NCBI GenBank assembly: GCA_964016885.1
Contig: OZ024747.1
Coordinates: 81,902,001-81,966,000, forward strand
Direction: 5' to 3'
DNA from: Eledone cirrhosa
Taxonomy: Eukaryota
Length of the DNA: 64,000 nucleotides
Shown here: positions 51,334 through 64,000 of the stretch, piece by piece
Layout: every line of letters begins with the position of its first letter
Position numbering within the stretch: the stretch's first letter is position 1
The notes under the pieces: generated by a model
What the model was told of the DNA's origin: nothing
Seen by the model: only the letters and a program-made list of their open reading frames with translations
Databases searched by the model: none
Translations under genes and position numbers: made by a program

Positions 51334-52079
51334 AGACTATATACATGTGTAGTGGAATAAGATATTAAAGTCTTTCATTGTCTCTATCTATCCATCTATC
51401 TCTTTCTTTCATAATTTTCTGGATTCCTTTGTTTAATAGATTCTAATTTAATATAATTGAAAAATCCTAATTAATTACCTAATTATTTGCATATTAATGT
51501 TAATTATGCAGTGGAACTAATGCTAGCCTTGAAAAGGAGATGTAAAATAGAAACGATGATGATGATATATTTAATCAATCTACACATGATATTAAAAAAC
51601 CTTGCAGGTCACTTTAATAAGTGATGGATTCAAAGATATAGAAGTAAACAAATGTGAGTGAGTGTGTGGAAGTGGTGGGTACATGAATCCACATGTGTAT
51701 AAGTATATATGTGTAGGTAAAGCTATATAAATAAGTAAGTAGAAATCTCTAACGGCAAAGAATGTTTCAAAATATCTTCTTATATTTTGTCAGTGTGAGA
51801 TAAATTCATTAAGACAAACTGTATAAGGACTGAAGGGTTTCTCAGGCATAAATAATTACTGATAAAATTATACATGAAGCAGTTGTAGAATGTTCAATCT
51901 ATATATATAAATTTCTGTGATTCTGTCACAACACAAAGAGAGAGGCATAGTTTGACTACCTCATACTACTCCTCTCTCTTTACATTTGCTGCTTGCATGA
52001 ATGTATGTGTGTGTAAAAGGAAGGCAGAAGGGGGTGAAAAAGCTATAACAAAATAGAGGCTGGCATTTCATTTGTTATG

Positions 52080-53512
52080 CTGTGTATGTGTATATGTGTT
52101 TGTGTGAATGTGTGCATGTGTTTGTGTGAATGTGTGCATGTGTTTGTGTAAATGTGTGTATGTGTTTGAGTGAATGTGTTTGAGTGAATGTGTATATGTG
52201 TTTGTGTGAATGTGTATGTGAATGTGTGCATGTGTTTGTGTGAATGTGTGCATGTGTTGGTGTGAATATGTGCATGTGTTGGTGTGAATGTGTGCATGTG
52301 TTTGTGTGTATGTGTTTGTGTGTATGTGTTTGAGTGTATGTGTTTGTCTGAATGTGTGTATGTGTTTGTGTGAATGTGTGTATGTGTTTGTGTGAATGTG
52401 TGGATGTGTTTGTGTGAATGTGTGCATGTGTTTGTGTGAATGTGTGCATGTGTTTGTGTGAATGTGTTTGTGTGAATGTGTGCATGTGTGTATGTGTTTG
52501 TGTATGTGTTTGTGTGTATGTGTGTATGTTTGTGTGTGTATCTGTATGTGTGTATGTGTTTGTGTGAATGTGCGTATGTGTTTGTGTGAATGTGCGTATG
52601 CGTTTGTGTGAATGTGCGTATGCGTTTGTGTGAATGTGCGTATGTGTTTGTGTGAATGTGCGTATGTGTTTGTGTGAATGTGTGTATGCGTTTGTGTGAA
52701 TGTGTGCATGTGTTTGTGTGAATGTGTTTGTGTGAATGTGTGCATGTGTGTATGTGTTTGTGTATGTGTTTGTGTGTATGTGTGTATGTTTGTGTGTGTA
52801 TGTGTATGTGTGTATGTGTTTGTGTGAATGTGCGTATGTGTTTGTGTGAATGTGCGTATGCGTTTGTGTGAATGTGCGTATGTTTGTCTGAATGCGTGTA
52901 TGTGTTTGTCTGAACGTGTGTATGTGTTTGTCTGAATGTGTGTATGTGTTTGTCTGAATGTGTGTATGTGTTTGTCTGAATGTGTGTATGTGTTTGTCTG
53001 AATGTGTGTATGTGTTTGAATGTGTGTATGTGTTTGTGTGAATGTGTGTATGTGTTTGTCTGAATGTGTGTATCTGTTTGTCTGAATGTGTGTATGTGTT
53101 TGTCTGAATGTGTGTATGTGTTTGTCTGAATGTATGTATGTGTTTGTCTGAATGTATGTATGTGTTTGTCTGAATGTGTGTATGTGTTTGTCTGAATGTG
53201 TGTATGTGTTTGAATGTGTGTATGTGTTTGTGTGAATGTGTGTATGTGTTTGTCTGAATGTATGTATGTGTTTGTCTGAATGTGTGTATGTGTTTGTCTG
53301 AATGTGTGTATGTGTTTGAATGTGTGTATGTGTTTGTGTGAATGTGTGTATGTGTTTGTCTGAATGTGTGTATCTGTTTGTCTGAATGTGTGTATGTGTT
53401 TGTCTGAATGTGTGTATGTGTTTGTCTGAATGTATGTATGTGTTTGTCTGAATGTATGTGTTCGTCTGAATGTGTGTATGTGTTTGTGTGAATATGTGTG
53501 TGTTTGCATGTG
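52080..53512. repeat. ~1.4-kb TG-rich minisatellite, 22-bp unit GTGAATGTGTG(C/T)ATGTGTTTGT
   Basis: Directly visible; explains the 534-aa HT-rich ORF. Confidence 0.96.
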
Positions 53513-53724
53513 TATATTTATATATTCATACATATAAATGTATGCATATGCACACATATGCATCAGTGTGTTGAAACAAATCCTAGTATTAGAAAGTTCT
53601 AGTAACAGATGGCCATCTTTATTCGATAAAGGCAAGCATTTATACACACCCTAGCAACTCCTTTGTTGCTAAGGCCTGAGTAGATAGATGTTAAACAGGA
53701 ACTTAGACAATAAGGTCTCTCTCG

Positions 53725-53785
<61 letters not shown>

Positions 53786-54152
53786 CCTTCAAATAATTTA
53801 TTCTAATTGTAAATTCTCCATTCTCATGAATAAATTTGTATATTGAATTAGATCATTTTATTTTCAGTTGTTTCTTATTGTTAAACTGTGCAGAAATATA
53901 TATATGCATATAATTGTATCTTCATACATAATTACGTATGCATTTAAACACTTGCATCCATCAGCATTTCTCAATATCTTCCTATCTCCATAGTATATGC
54001 ATGTATGTTGCTATGCACACATGTATAATATTTAAACTCAAATATCACTTTTACAGCTTTAAAAAGAGTTAATTTTCTAAATTATTTTTCATCATCTCAA
54101 CATATAATTACAAATGCATGTTATATTTGAATTAGTTTAGAACGATAAATGG

Positions 54153-54197
<45 letters not shown>

Positions 54198-54354
54198 ATA
54201 AGGTATAAATATATACATTATCTTCTGTGAGTATGCCTACATATGAGCATGAGTATGTAAATATCTATGTATACATTGTGTTCACATGAATGACTATATT
54301 TACATATGTGCATGCGTGTATGTGTGTGAGTATGCCTATATGAGCCTGAAAGTG

Positions 54355-54592
54355 TACATATCTATATGTATGTGTGAGAGTATGATTACACGTATGAGTA
54401 GGTAAATATCTATATGGATGAATGTGTGGCTAAGTGTGTGCCTGAGTATTTAAATATCTATATGTATGTGTGTGAGTATGGTTACATGTGTGTACGAGTA
54501 GGTAAATATCTATATGCATGAATATATGGCTATCTGTGTGCCTAAGTATTTAAATATCTATATGTATATATCAGAGTATGGCTACATGTGTG
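54355..54592. repeat. Degenerate ~100-bp tandem repeat (about 2.4 units)
   Basis: GAGTAGGTAAATATCTATATG at about 54396 and 54497; AGTATTTAAATATCTATATGTAT at about 54445 and 54545. Confidence 0.7.
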
Positions 54593-56450
54593 TAAATATG
54601 TATGCGTGAGTATTTGCATAAGCATGTAAATATTTATATCTCTATCTCCTCTACCTTTTTCTGATTAAACACTGAAAATTCAAGGATATTACCTGAAACT
54701 ATTTCCGCTTGATTCATTTACAAATGTCAGTGAGATATCAATTTGCAATAAATTCACAATATGCAATTTCAAAACTGTCTTTAAGTACTTCTCAACTTCC
54801 TGGCCAATATTTTCTTTCTATTTTTCTACACAACTATAATTATCAAGTAATTGTGAAGGTGGTGGCAGTAACATCATCATCAATTGTATAGCTGGTGAAA
54901 GTAGCAATGCAGGTGATGTTGGATTTCATTATATTGGCAGTAGTGAATGAATGTAATGGTGGATTTCCTAACAGTAGTAAATTTTGTAGCGTTATTTGTT
55001 GTGGAATAAGGTATTAAATTACTGATTAGATTTTGACGTGTTTCCAGATTTGGCACTTAATGTAGATTAAACAATAAATTGGATGTAACAATTATCTTCC
55101 TTATCATTATCTCTGTGTTGGTGTCTTTATTTTTGATGCAATCATGTATAGGATGGGTTTGCCATGCAACATCACTTGATTTATCCAAGCTTTGTTTAGC
55201 ATGTCATCTATGAAAACTAGCATCTTAAAATCTGGCCCATTTTCTTTATACCATGTATACTCCTCACCGATAGCACATCATATAATTTTACAGAGCATCT
55301 TTATTTTATTCACACCACTTATCTATGTCAATTTAATTGATCCCTTATTCTTAACAAATGAAACTGAATTAGCCAGACATTCTTGAACATTACAAAACAG
55401 CTTTATGAATATTAAACAATAGAAATAACCAACCATTTAAAAAATATATTTTCTGCCAAATCATTAGAGAATGTTAAATACATTTCTCTACAAAACTTAA
55501 TGAATATCTTAATATGAAAACCAAAATGTAAATATTTCCACTACCAAAATTGTAGAAATTCTTTATTACACTTATTAGGACGGGATTTCTACAATTTATC
55601 CTGGAAAATAAAGAGATTTGCATTTCATCTCAAAGTCAATGTTTTTTATTCTTTGTTTTAGAATATATTCTGAAAAATCTTAATCATTATCCTTATCATA
55701 GTAGAGATGTATAACAATGTTAAATAGACAATAAGGTTTGAAAATGACTTTAAACAATTTATTCTAATTTTAACTACACCATTGTTGCAAATACATTTTT
55801 ACATCAAATTAGATAATTTTATTATACAGTTGTTAAACTGTACAGAAATATGTGAATATAATTCTAGCTTTATACATAATAATGCAAACATCTAAACATT
55901 TGTGTTCTTCAGTAGTTTTGAATATCTTCATATTACGTACACAGATGTGGTTGTATGAATATATGCTCATGTATTTAAACTTGCAGCTTTAAAAGAGTTA
56001 ATTTCCTATATTATTTTTCATTGCCTCAAAATACAATTACATAAGTTGAATTTGCTGAAACACTATGTAGTTCTATTTCTTTTATTGTTACTTCAATAAA
56101 AAGCTCTCTTCAAAATGGATTTAATACAATTACTTCCATTGAAACCTATGCATTTTAACAATCTTGACACCTAAAATGCACTTCTCTGTACATGACAAAT
56201 ACCACATAATACAATTATATTCTTAAATTATTTACTTCTACATTGAAAACACCATTCTTTTCAACCTCTAAATATATTTCTAATCTAAGAAAAAACATTC
56301 TACAGGATAACGCCGATGTCATGGACACAATAATATCTATAATACAAGCAACATTATCAAAAAGTAATCAGCCTTAACATACAATATCAAAACTGACTAA
56401 ACTATACCAAATTACCTAAATTCTCAAATAAAAAAAATAAAGAGTTTTAA

Positions 56451-56662
56451 CCCTTTAGCATTTACATTACTCTATATATACTATTATATTTTCATGGTAA
56501 AGGCTTTACCTCACATAATTATCTCACATAATATTGAATCTATGAGATTTTTATATTGAAAACAATACCTTAAAATCAGTATGAGTGGCCGGTTACAGCC
56601 AGTTTGAACAGAAAGAGTAGAGAGAATTCAGGCTGGATACAACTGGTTTAAATGTTAAAGGG
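56451..56662. mobile_element. piggyBac-like MITE, opposite orientation to 19353-19572
   Basis: TTAA-CCCTTTAGCATTTA...TAAATGTTAAAGGG-TTAA. Confidence 0.9.
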
Positions 56663-57463
56663 TTAAAGGGGTGTATTTTTCTGTCTCTGATCTACTATAA
56701 TCTATATTCCCTAACTCTTTTTACTTGCTTTATATATATGCTATTCCCAATTTGTACATATTTATTACATTTATTACATATTTATTACATTTATTACATT
56801 TCTTTCAGAAAACTATATTAATGTCTATACTGCAGAATTTGTATTAAATATCTAATCTCTAGCCTGTCCTAGCTACTCTGCTATAATTATTATAATCAAG
56901 TACTCCTTGAAATGCATAGAACATCCGCTATTTTATTCATTTCTACTATACTACTATAGTTCTACAAAACAAAGCGACTCAAATTCTATACAAAACTGCT
57001 TCTAGATATGTCAAATATATAAATAGACAAAAGAAACAGTTTTTGTAAAAATGAATAAAACAAATATTTAAAAATAAAATTTCTGAGAAAGACGTAAAAA
57101 TAGAAATAATTATTTACATTATAGTCAGTTCTATTTTTAATGTCACATCCATGTGTCAAAAAAATATTTGTAAAATAAAATAAAATGGATACATTTTAAA
57201 AATTAAATACTAAAAAAAAATATATTCTGAAATGTAAAGGTTATAGCAGAAGATGGTGAGAATGTGCCGGCATTATGTAAATGCATATGAATGTATATAA
57301 ATTAAGGTAAAAAACAGATGTACTGAAGAAAGCTAGGGAGAAAGATGTACATTTCAGAGGTCATGCAGAGAAACGATGCAGATATATTATAATGGATGTA
57401 TAAATAAATCTCTGTGTAAGTTTTTAAATATTCTTTTTCTCAAACTAAATATGAGTGGTAGGC

Positions 57464-57519
57464 TACATACATATATATATATATATACACACACATATAT
57501 ATATATGTATTTATATCTG

Positions 57520-57561
<42 letters not shown>

Positions 57562-57577
57562 TACACACATATATATG

Positions 57578-57630
<53 letters not shown>

Positions 57631-57846
57631 ACACATATATATGTATTTATATATATATATATATATAACGAAGGAAATGTGGTAAGGAACCAGGTGGACC
57701 ATAACGCACCAAAGTACTCAATACTTGAGGTAGTAGAGTGGGTAATAGGAACCAGTAAGACCCCGACAGCTGAGCTCAAGCCGTTTCGATGGTCCAGAAT
57801 TAGCCGTCGAAACGGCTTGAGCTCAGCTGTCGGGGTCTTACTGGTT

Positions 57847-57908
<62 letters not shown>

Positions 57909-57938
57909 GAGAGAGAGAGAGAGAGATGTAGATATATC

Positions 57939-57988
<50 letters not shown>
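57464..57988. repeat. Compound (TA)n/(CA)n/(GA)n microsatellite region hosting an insertion
   Basis: Directly visible. Confidence 0.93.
57667..57851. mobile_element. GC-rich 185-bp insertion in (TA)n with a 48-bp inverted repeat (Penelope-like fold-back)
   Basis: Arms 57745-57792 and 57804-57851, one mismatch, 11-nt loop. Confidence 0.7.
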
Positions 57989-57991
<3 letters not shown>

Positions 57992-59734
57992 AAAAGTCAC
58001 CAAAGAAACCCAACACAAGAGAAAAATACAATGTTGGTATAATAGTTTAATGCTTGATATAGTTGGAAAAGTGTCTTAACATTTCAGATGTTAGAGGAGA
58101 AAAGAGACGATGTTTGGGAGTGAGAAGAAACGGGGATACAAGAGGACAATTGAGAGCAAAAGAGGAAACAGAATACAGAGGAAGGAAACACATGCTGTGT
58201 ATGTATGTAAATATCTATATATACATAAATATCTATATATACATAAATAATATAAGATCAAAAGATGGTTAAAGGAGTTCCATGTATTTTATTATGCGCA
58301 TTTCAAAAACAAACATCATCATGCAATAATATTTGTGTTTTCATCAGATAAAACAGGAGAACATGATATGAAGGCTAAAAAACACTTGTGGATAGTGCAG
58401 TTTTAAATCAACATATCAACTCACCTCCTACATTATACATAAATATATATATATACATATATACATATTCATGCATGTGTACATAAACACATGTGTAGAG
58501 ATACAGAGACATATAGTTAGTAGTGTAAATGTTATTATGTATACAGTAATATAACAAACAAATTAAAACAATAAATATTTAACATATGATTATAGTTACT
58601 CTGCATTACATGTACCTAACTTGTCATGGCAGGCTGGTAGAATAGATATTGTTTTTGATGAGGTTTGCTATATTGTTGACTGCAAGTTAGTCTTTTGTAT
58701 GGGATTTATAGAAGGATCACTAGCAGGAGTATTGAGAATTTAGAGAAGGAAAATTCATTTACTCCCCAAAAACCTGACCCTTCCTGTGCTAATGAAACCA
58801 AAACTCACAAACATTGTTACTGTAATGTTAGCTGGTTCAACACACTATAAAACCTTAATATTAAACCTAATATAGCTAAAATGTTCCTAGATCTGATAGA
58901 GAAATAGTTTCCCACAGAGCACAAATATTCTAAATTATTTAACTGGCAATACCTAAAAGTTAGCTTAAGTTGTACACCTAATATGAGAACCATTAGCAAA
59001 GAAAAGTAGGCACCCTAAACCATCAAATAGGTGTTCCAATCTCTTAATAAGCCCCCAAATTTGGAAACCAATTATATGGACAGTCATCCAAATAAACCCA
59101 GGAAACTAGGTGACTGAAGAGATACAGTGTGAGTTGTATAAGATAAGTACTGACATATGTACTGGGATCAATATTTTTAACAAAACCTTTCAAAGAAGTG
59201 CACCAGTATGGCTACAGTTCAATGACTGAAAGCACAAACAAGATTTTACATGCATTCTCTGGTGCAGAGTTCATTAATGGTTTATTGAAGCACCTCTGAT
59301 AATAAATACAAAGTTTTGACACAGAAAATCAGTTAACAGTTAATAGATTAATATTTATGTATGTGGATATTAAGCAGAGGTTTATGTTAAATTTATCTAA
59401 TATTCACTACATTACTTCTCTTTGTTGTTACTTTTCATATATTTTCATTTAATGTGTATGTGTAAAGTGATTGCATGCATTCATATCTGCAAGCACTTGC
59501 ATATATTCATATGAGATAGAGCTGTGGCTTCTCAATATGAGAATATAATATGAAGACAATAATTTTATTGGTTTTGCAATAAATGTAACATGTTTGAACC
59601 CATACTTCATTTGATAATACAATCCTCAGGTACAATTGCCAAGGTTGAGATCACTGCACATGTACACACACACACACATGTACAGGCACACTGATGCAGA
59701 TATACCAAGAAAAAAACAAGAAAAGATATTATTT

Positions 59735-59932
59735 AAGCGTCAGACAATGTTTTGCAACATAGAGTTATGACTCTTTATGGTCTGAGTTCAAATCCTGCCA
59801 AGGTTGGCTTTGCCTTTCATGCTTACGAGGTCAATAAAATAAAGTACCAGTAATGCACTAAACAGTAATGCACATCGAATTTTCCCTCCCCCCAAAAGTG
59901 TTGGCATTGTGCCTAAAGTAGAAACAATTATT
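59735..59932 (+). mobile_element. SINE family 1 variant
   Basis: GAGTTCAAATCCTGCC...GCCTTTCATGCTTACGAGGTCAATAAAATAAAGTACCAG...GTAGAAACAATTATT. Confidence 0.85.
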
Positions 59933-60369
59933 TAAAAGAAAGAACTCCCAAACAAATAATTTAGTACAAAAGTCCCAACTGAGCTAAAATCTTTTTTTAG
60001 TATTTTAGAAGTGAGAAGCAGGTTAGAAGATTGTATGCCCGGCTTTGAACAAAATATGTTTTTAAAATATTAACTGCCTCATGAACCCAGCAGACAGAAT
60101 GGAGAAAGTGTAGCTCAAGTGTATAGTGAGGGAGATGCATTGCAATAGCCATTCCAACTTAAGGGTTCAGTATCAGTAGCGAATAAGGTTTATAATCTAC
60201 ATATCTGATAAGTAGACATCAACCTCCACAATAACAAGACATTATGTTTAAACAGTGAAACAGAAAATTTGTTTCAAGCAAACAAGAGAGATCTAGCTTG
60301 AGAAAAAGAAAACTATTCCTACTCAAGACATATCCCAGGAAGCAGCATGCAAGAAATAGAAATCATGTC

Positions 60370-60650
60370 ATAAACTATGTGAGATAGCCTCGAGTTTACC
60401 AACATCTTGTGAGTGAAATTTGGAAGATAAAAACCACAGAAACCCATGTTGGTGGTTTGTGTATAGGCTTGCGTCCATGTGTGTGTTTATGTCACATAAC
60501 CTAGCAGTTTAATAAAATGAAATCAGTAAAATATGCACAAGAATTGAAATGAATAAGTACTAGAGCCAATATGATTGACTAAATTTATTTTAAATGATGC
60601 ACCAGCATGGCCACAGTCAAACGACGGAATCTAATAAAAGAATGAATAAA
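60370..60650 (+). mobile_element. Old SINE of a third family (related tail at about 59140-59240)
   Basis: Shared ATAAGTACT...TGCACCAG(C/T)ATGGC(C/T)ACAGT...GAC(T/G)GAA tail. Confidence 0.5.
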
Positions 60651-60879
60651 ATAATAATAATGAAATTATTGTGTACAGTGCTCAGGTGCACTACAACTCA
60701 TCAAAGGTGCATGTATAGTACATAGACCTATAGTACATACAATGTTATTATTTTTTGTACTGCTGTTTCTGGATAAGATATTTCAAATTATTTAATAGCT
60801 ATACTTTTAGTTAAATGTTCTTTTTCTTTAGATATACGTTGGCGTTTATCATTTCAAATAGATATATTATTAATTATCA

Positions 60880-61078
60880 GGGTGGTGGATTGGCAGTATC
60901 GGTAGAGGGTCAGATGCGATGCTTTGCAGCAAAGAGTTATGCCCCTTTGCGGTCTGAGTTCAAATCCCGTTGAGATTAACTTTGCCTTTCATCCTTACGG
61001 GGTCGATAAAATAAAGTACCAGTAATGTACTGGGTAATTGCTAGCCTTGTGCCAAAAGTAGAAACAATTATTATTATT
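60880..61078 (+). mobile_element. SINE family 1, full length
   Basis: GGGTGGTGGATTGGCAGTATCGGTAGAG head through (ATT)n tail. Confidence 0.93.
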
Positions 61079-62164
61079 GTGGTTATAAGGATGAGAAAGA
61101 TGGTATCAATGGTAGAAAGGTAAGCAAGAAATTTCACAATACTCAATATGCTGTGAAGCATTTCTACTCAACTTAAAATTTGCAGATCTTAATTTCTTAA
61201 TTTCACTTATCTTCTTTACACAATCAACAAATTAAAATTCACTTACATACTGGGATTTATTTAATTGAATATAAAATCATTTAACCATACATTAACTAAA
61301 TCAAGTAGAAATTAACTAGGTATGAATAAAAAATCAAATTATATTTGGATAGAATAAGTATATTCGAGGTCAATATTTTGCCAAATTTCACTGACTTCAA
61401 ATTCTATGTAAAATAGGTGCTGATATATCAGAAATGATTATTCTATAAAGAAATACGGTTTTTCTACATTTACTATATTGTGGTGGGTGTTATTTATGCA
61501 TTCTCCTGAGAATATTCCTAACAAATTTTTATAATTTGAACTTTTTAATACATACCCCCCCCCCCCCCCACATACACACAGAGTTCTCAGGTTTGGAAGT
61601 GAAACCAATTTAAGTTTGAAATAAGTTTTCTTTTCTGTGTTTCGTCAAAGCAGTGTGAAATTATGTTTTTAGATAAATAGGTGAGAGAATGTGCAAGCGG
61701 ATGATGGGTGTTATAGTAAAAATCTATCTAAAGCTTTAATAAATGCACGATGTGAAATGATTTCAAATTTTGTAAGGCATGCATTTCATTCAATGTGTAT
61801 ATTAAATAAAAATCTGTTACATTCAAGAAATAATGCTATCATTGTATGCTGAAAAAGAAAAAAAAAAGATACTCCCAGCATATGAGTGGCCGGTAATAAA
61901 CAAAAATTTGAGAAACTTGTTGACACTTTATAAAGCAGATGAAATGGTAAAAAGTCATTATGAAACAAAAACTATACTCTAAATGACCCTTAAAACATTT
62001 TAAATATCAAAATATTAAAACTTCATGAAAATTTCAAAATTGCACCATCTAAACATCTGTTGCTTAGCTGCCTCGGTTTATACATGGGGTTTGAATTTTT
62101 GCCCATTTCCCAAACATCATATAGGGGTGGACTTATATTCGAGTATATACGATACATTAGTGCA

Positions 62165-62357
62165 ATGCATTGGCAGAATCTTTAGAGAATCAAACAGTGT
62201 TTAGTTATGTGTTTGTTTACATTGAGCTGAAATCCTGCCATGGCAAACTTTTCCTTTGGGTTAGACAAAATAAAGTATTAATCAAATACTGGAGTCAATT
62301 TAGTCAACTAACGCCTCCCAAGTTTTGAACCTTGTGTCAATATTAGAAACTATTATT
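62165..62357 (+). mobile_element. Old SINE family 1 relative
   Basis: ATTGGCAGAATC...GAAATCCTGCC...AAAATAAAGTA...CCTTGTGTCAATATTAGAAAC. Confidence 0.55.
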
Positions 62358-64000
62358 TTCAGCAATCTATGACATGTATCCATTTAAATTGTTTTCATGA
62401 AACTGCTCCAAATCTTTCCGTTCGTTGTTGTTCATTTTTTAAACAATTTAAAATTAGAGCCTTAACTAATAAGAACAAATTTTGAACTAATCATTTGAAT
62501 AAAATATTTAAAAGCGCCAAACCACTGAAGATATTTTTTTAAATACATGTTCCTGTTTTTCTTTGACATTATACATATATAATGATATATCATTAATGCA
62601 TCTGAATGGACACAGCAGTAGTGTATTATTAATGAAGTCATGAGAAACAAACATGGAATACAAGAGAATGGGGATTGGAGAAATTGAAATGCCAGCAAAT
62701 ATAATATAAAGATAAGTATCTCTCAAAGCAAAACTAAAGAGTTTCATGTCTGTAATACAATAATTAAGGGTGATGGTAATTATCCTATCATTTTTATTAC
62801 CATTATTATTATTAAGTCTTTTGTGTGTATTTATTGCTTAATTTGGTTCTCACTAATTTGACAAAGGAAAACAAAGAGAGAAGTAAAGCTGAAAAGGAGA
62901 AATGATATAATCATAGAAAACTTGTTTTTCTGATCATTACATTCCTTGATATAATTATGATATTAATGTTAAATTAAAATTAATTTGCGTGTGGCATGGA
63001 GGAGAACAGGGATAGAGAGAGCGAGGGGGAGAGAAAGAGAATTGTGTTTCATTCAACATTTGTGTGTGGTGTCTGAAGTAAACTGGAATTTAGAGAGAGA
63101 GTTGCAGAGAATTGTATATGCCTCATTCTTCATTTGTATATGGCATGGAGAGCAAAGTAGAAGTTATAAAGAGAGAGCAGGAGAGCAGACTGGGATAGAA
63201 TTAGAGAGATGAGGAGGAGAAATTTGTATGTCTCTCCTTCAAATCTACCTACTTCATTTTCTATTTCTGCATCACTGTCAAACCCCCTCTATCTCTCAAA
63301 ATCTGATTTCACACTGTCTACCCAGCCATTTTTCTGTCCACCCACTTATCTATCTATCTATTGTAGAACAAAGCATTCTGTTACAAAAACAGACATAGTT
63401 AAGGGAGTTAAAAAAAGAGAACTAAAGAGAAAAGAAAAGAAACTAAATATTTGAAGAGAAATTGCAGATTTGATTTTAAGGAAATTTTTTTTTTTAAATT
63501 GAAAAGATAAAATCTGGTTAATTAACAGAATTTTCAAAGATAATTGCTTGAAAATGCTTTTATAGTTTTCTTTATATTAAACAAAATATCATGTGAATTA
63601 CTGAATAAAATTCACTATGTTTGTCTGCTTTCTCCTTTTATCTACAACTTAAATCAATTAACATTTTTAGTGTTAATAAGTGAAGAGTTCATTGTTGATT
63701 AAAATTCATTATACTCACTGCATCCATATGTGTGGATATATCCATTTGTGATTACTGCATATGTGTAATATATGTATATTGCATAAATGTAATATGTATA
63801 TATGCATGTGTTACATGTAATATGTATTATATGTGTGTATACTAGGTTGTATTTGATAGAATAAAGGTAAGAGATGGAAGTGTGTATGTGTGTATAAGAG
63901 AGAGAATGAGAAAGAGAATATGAATGCTGGAAAAAAGGCAAAAGTATCGAGAAGATGAGATAGTAGGTGGAAGAGAGAGAGAGAAGTGGAAAGTGGAAAA

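Noticed and set aside
52043-53647. 534-aa His/Thr-rich ORF
   Set aside because: Translation of a TG-rich minisatellite that lacks stops on the CA strand; no domain or splice evidence.
54685-54705. Second minus-strand AG|GT site (TTTCAG|GTAATA)
   Set aside because: Short pyrimidine tract, non-consensus donor, and no clear downstream donor; expected by chance.

Overview
AT-rich, repeat-dense eukaryotic DNA with no prokaryotic genes or operons. The repeat set (RTE LINEs with (GAT)n tails, tRNA-headed SINEs, long (TA)n/(TG)n tracts) resembles coleoid cephalopod, probably octopus, genomes; this attribution is an inference. The only clear protein-coding sequence is retrotransposon-derived: three RTE-clade LINE ORF fragments with a PHD-type zinc finger inserted in the reverse transcriptase (1-1543, 15209-16947, 32316-34205) and one Tx1/L1-type 3' fragment (2524-3641). 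The rest is SINEs, RTE 3' ends, piggyBac- and Tc1/mariner-type MITEs, and micro/minisatellites; nearly all other ORFs in the track are satellite artefacts. Most notable: (1) short elements embedded in (TA)n, one with a minimal type I hammerhead ribozyme motif (2354-2396, minus strand) and two forming fold-back hairpins (3864-4106, 57667-57851), consistent with Penelope-like/retrozyme biology; (2) a minus-strand recursive-splice-like site (polypyrimidine-CAG|GTAAGT) followed by a 58-nt exon closed in all frames (28016-28073); (3) a few candidate small host exons. All calls were made by eye without database searches, and coordinates of degenerate repeats are approximate.
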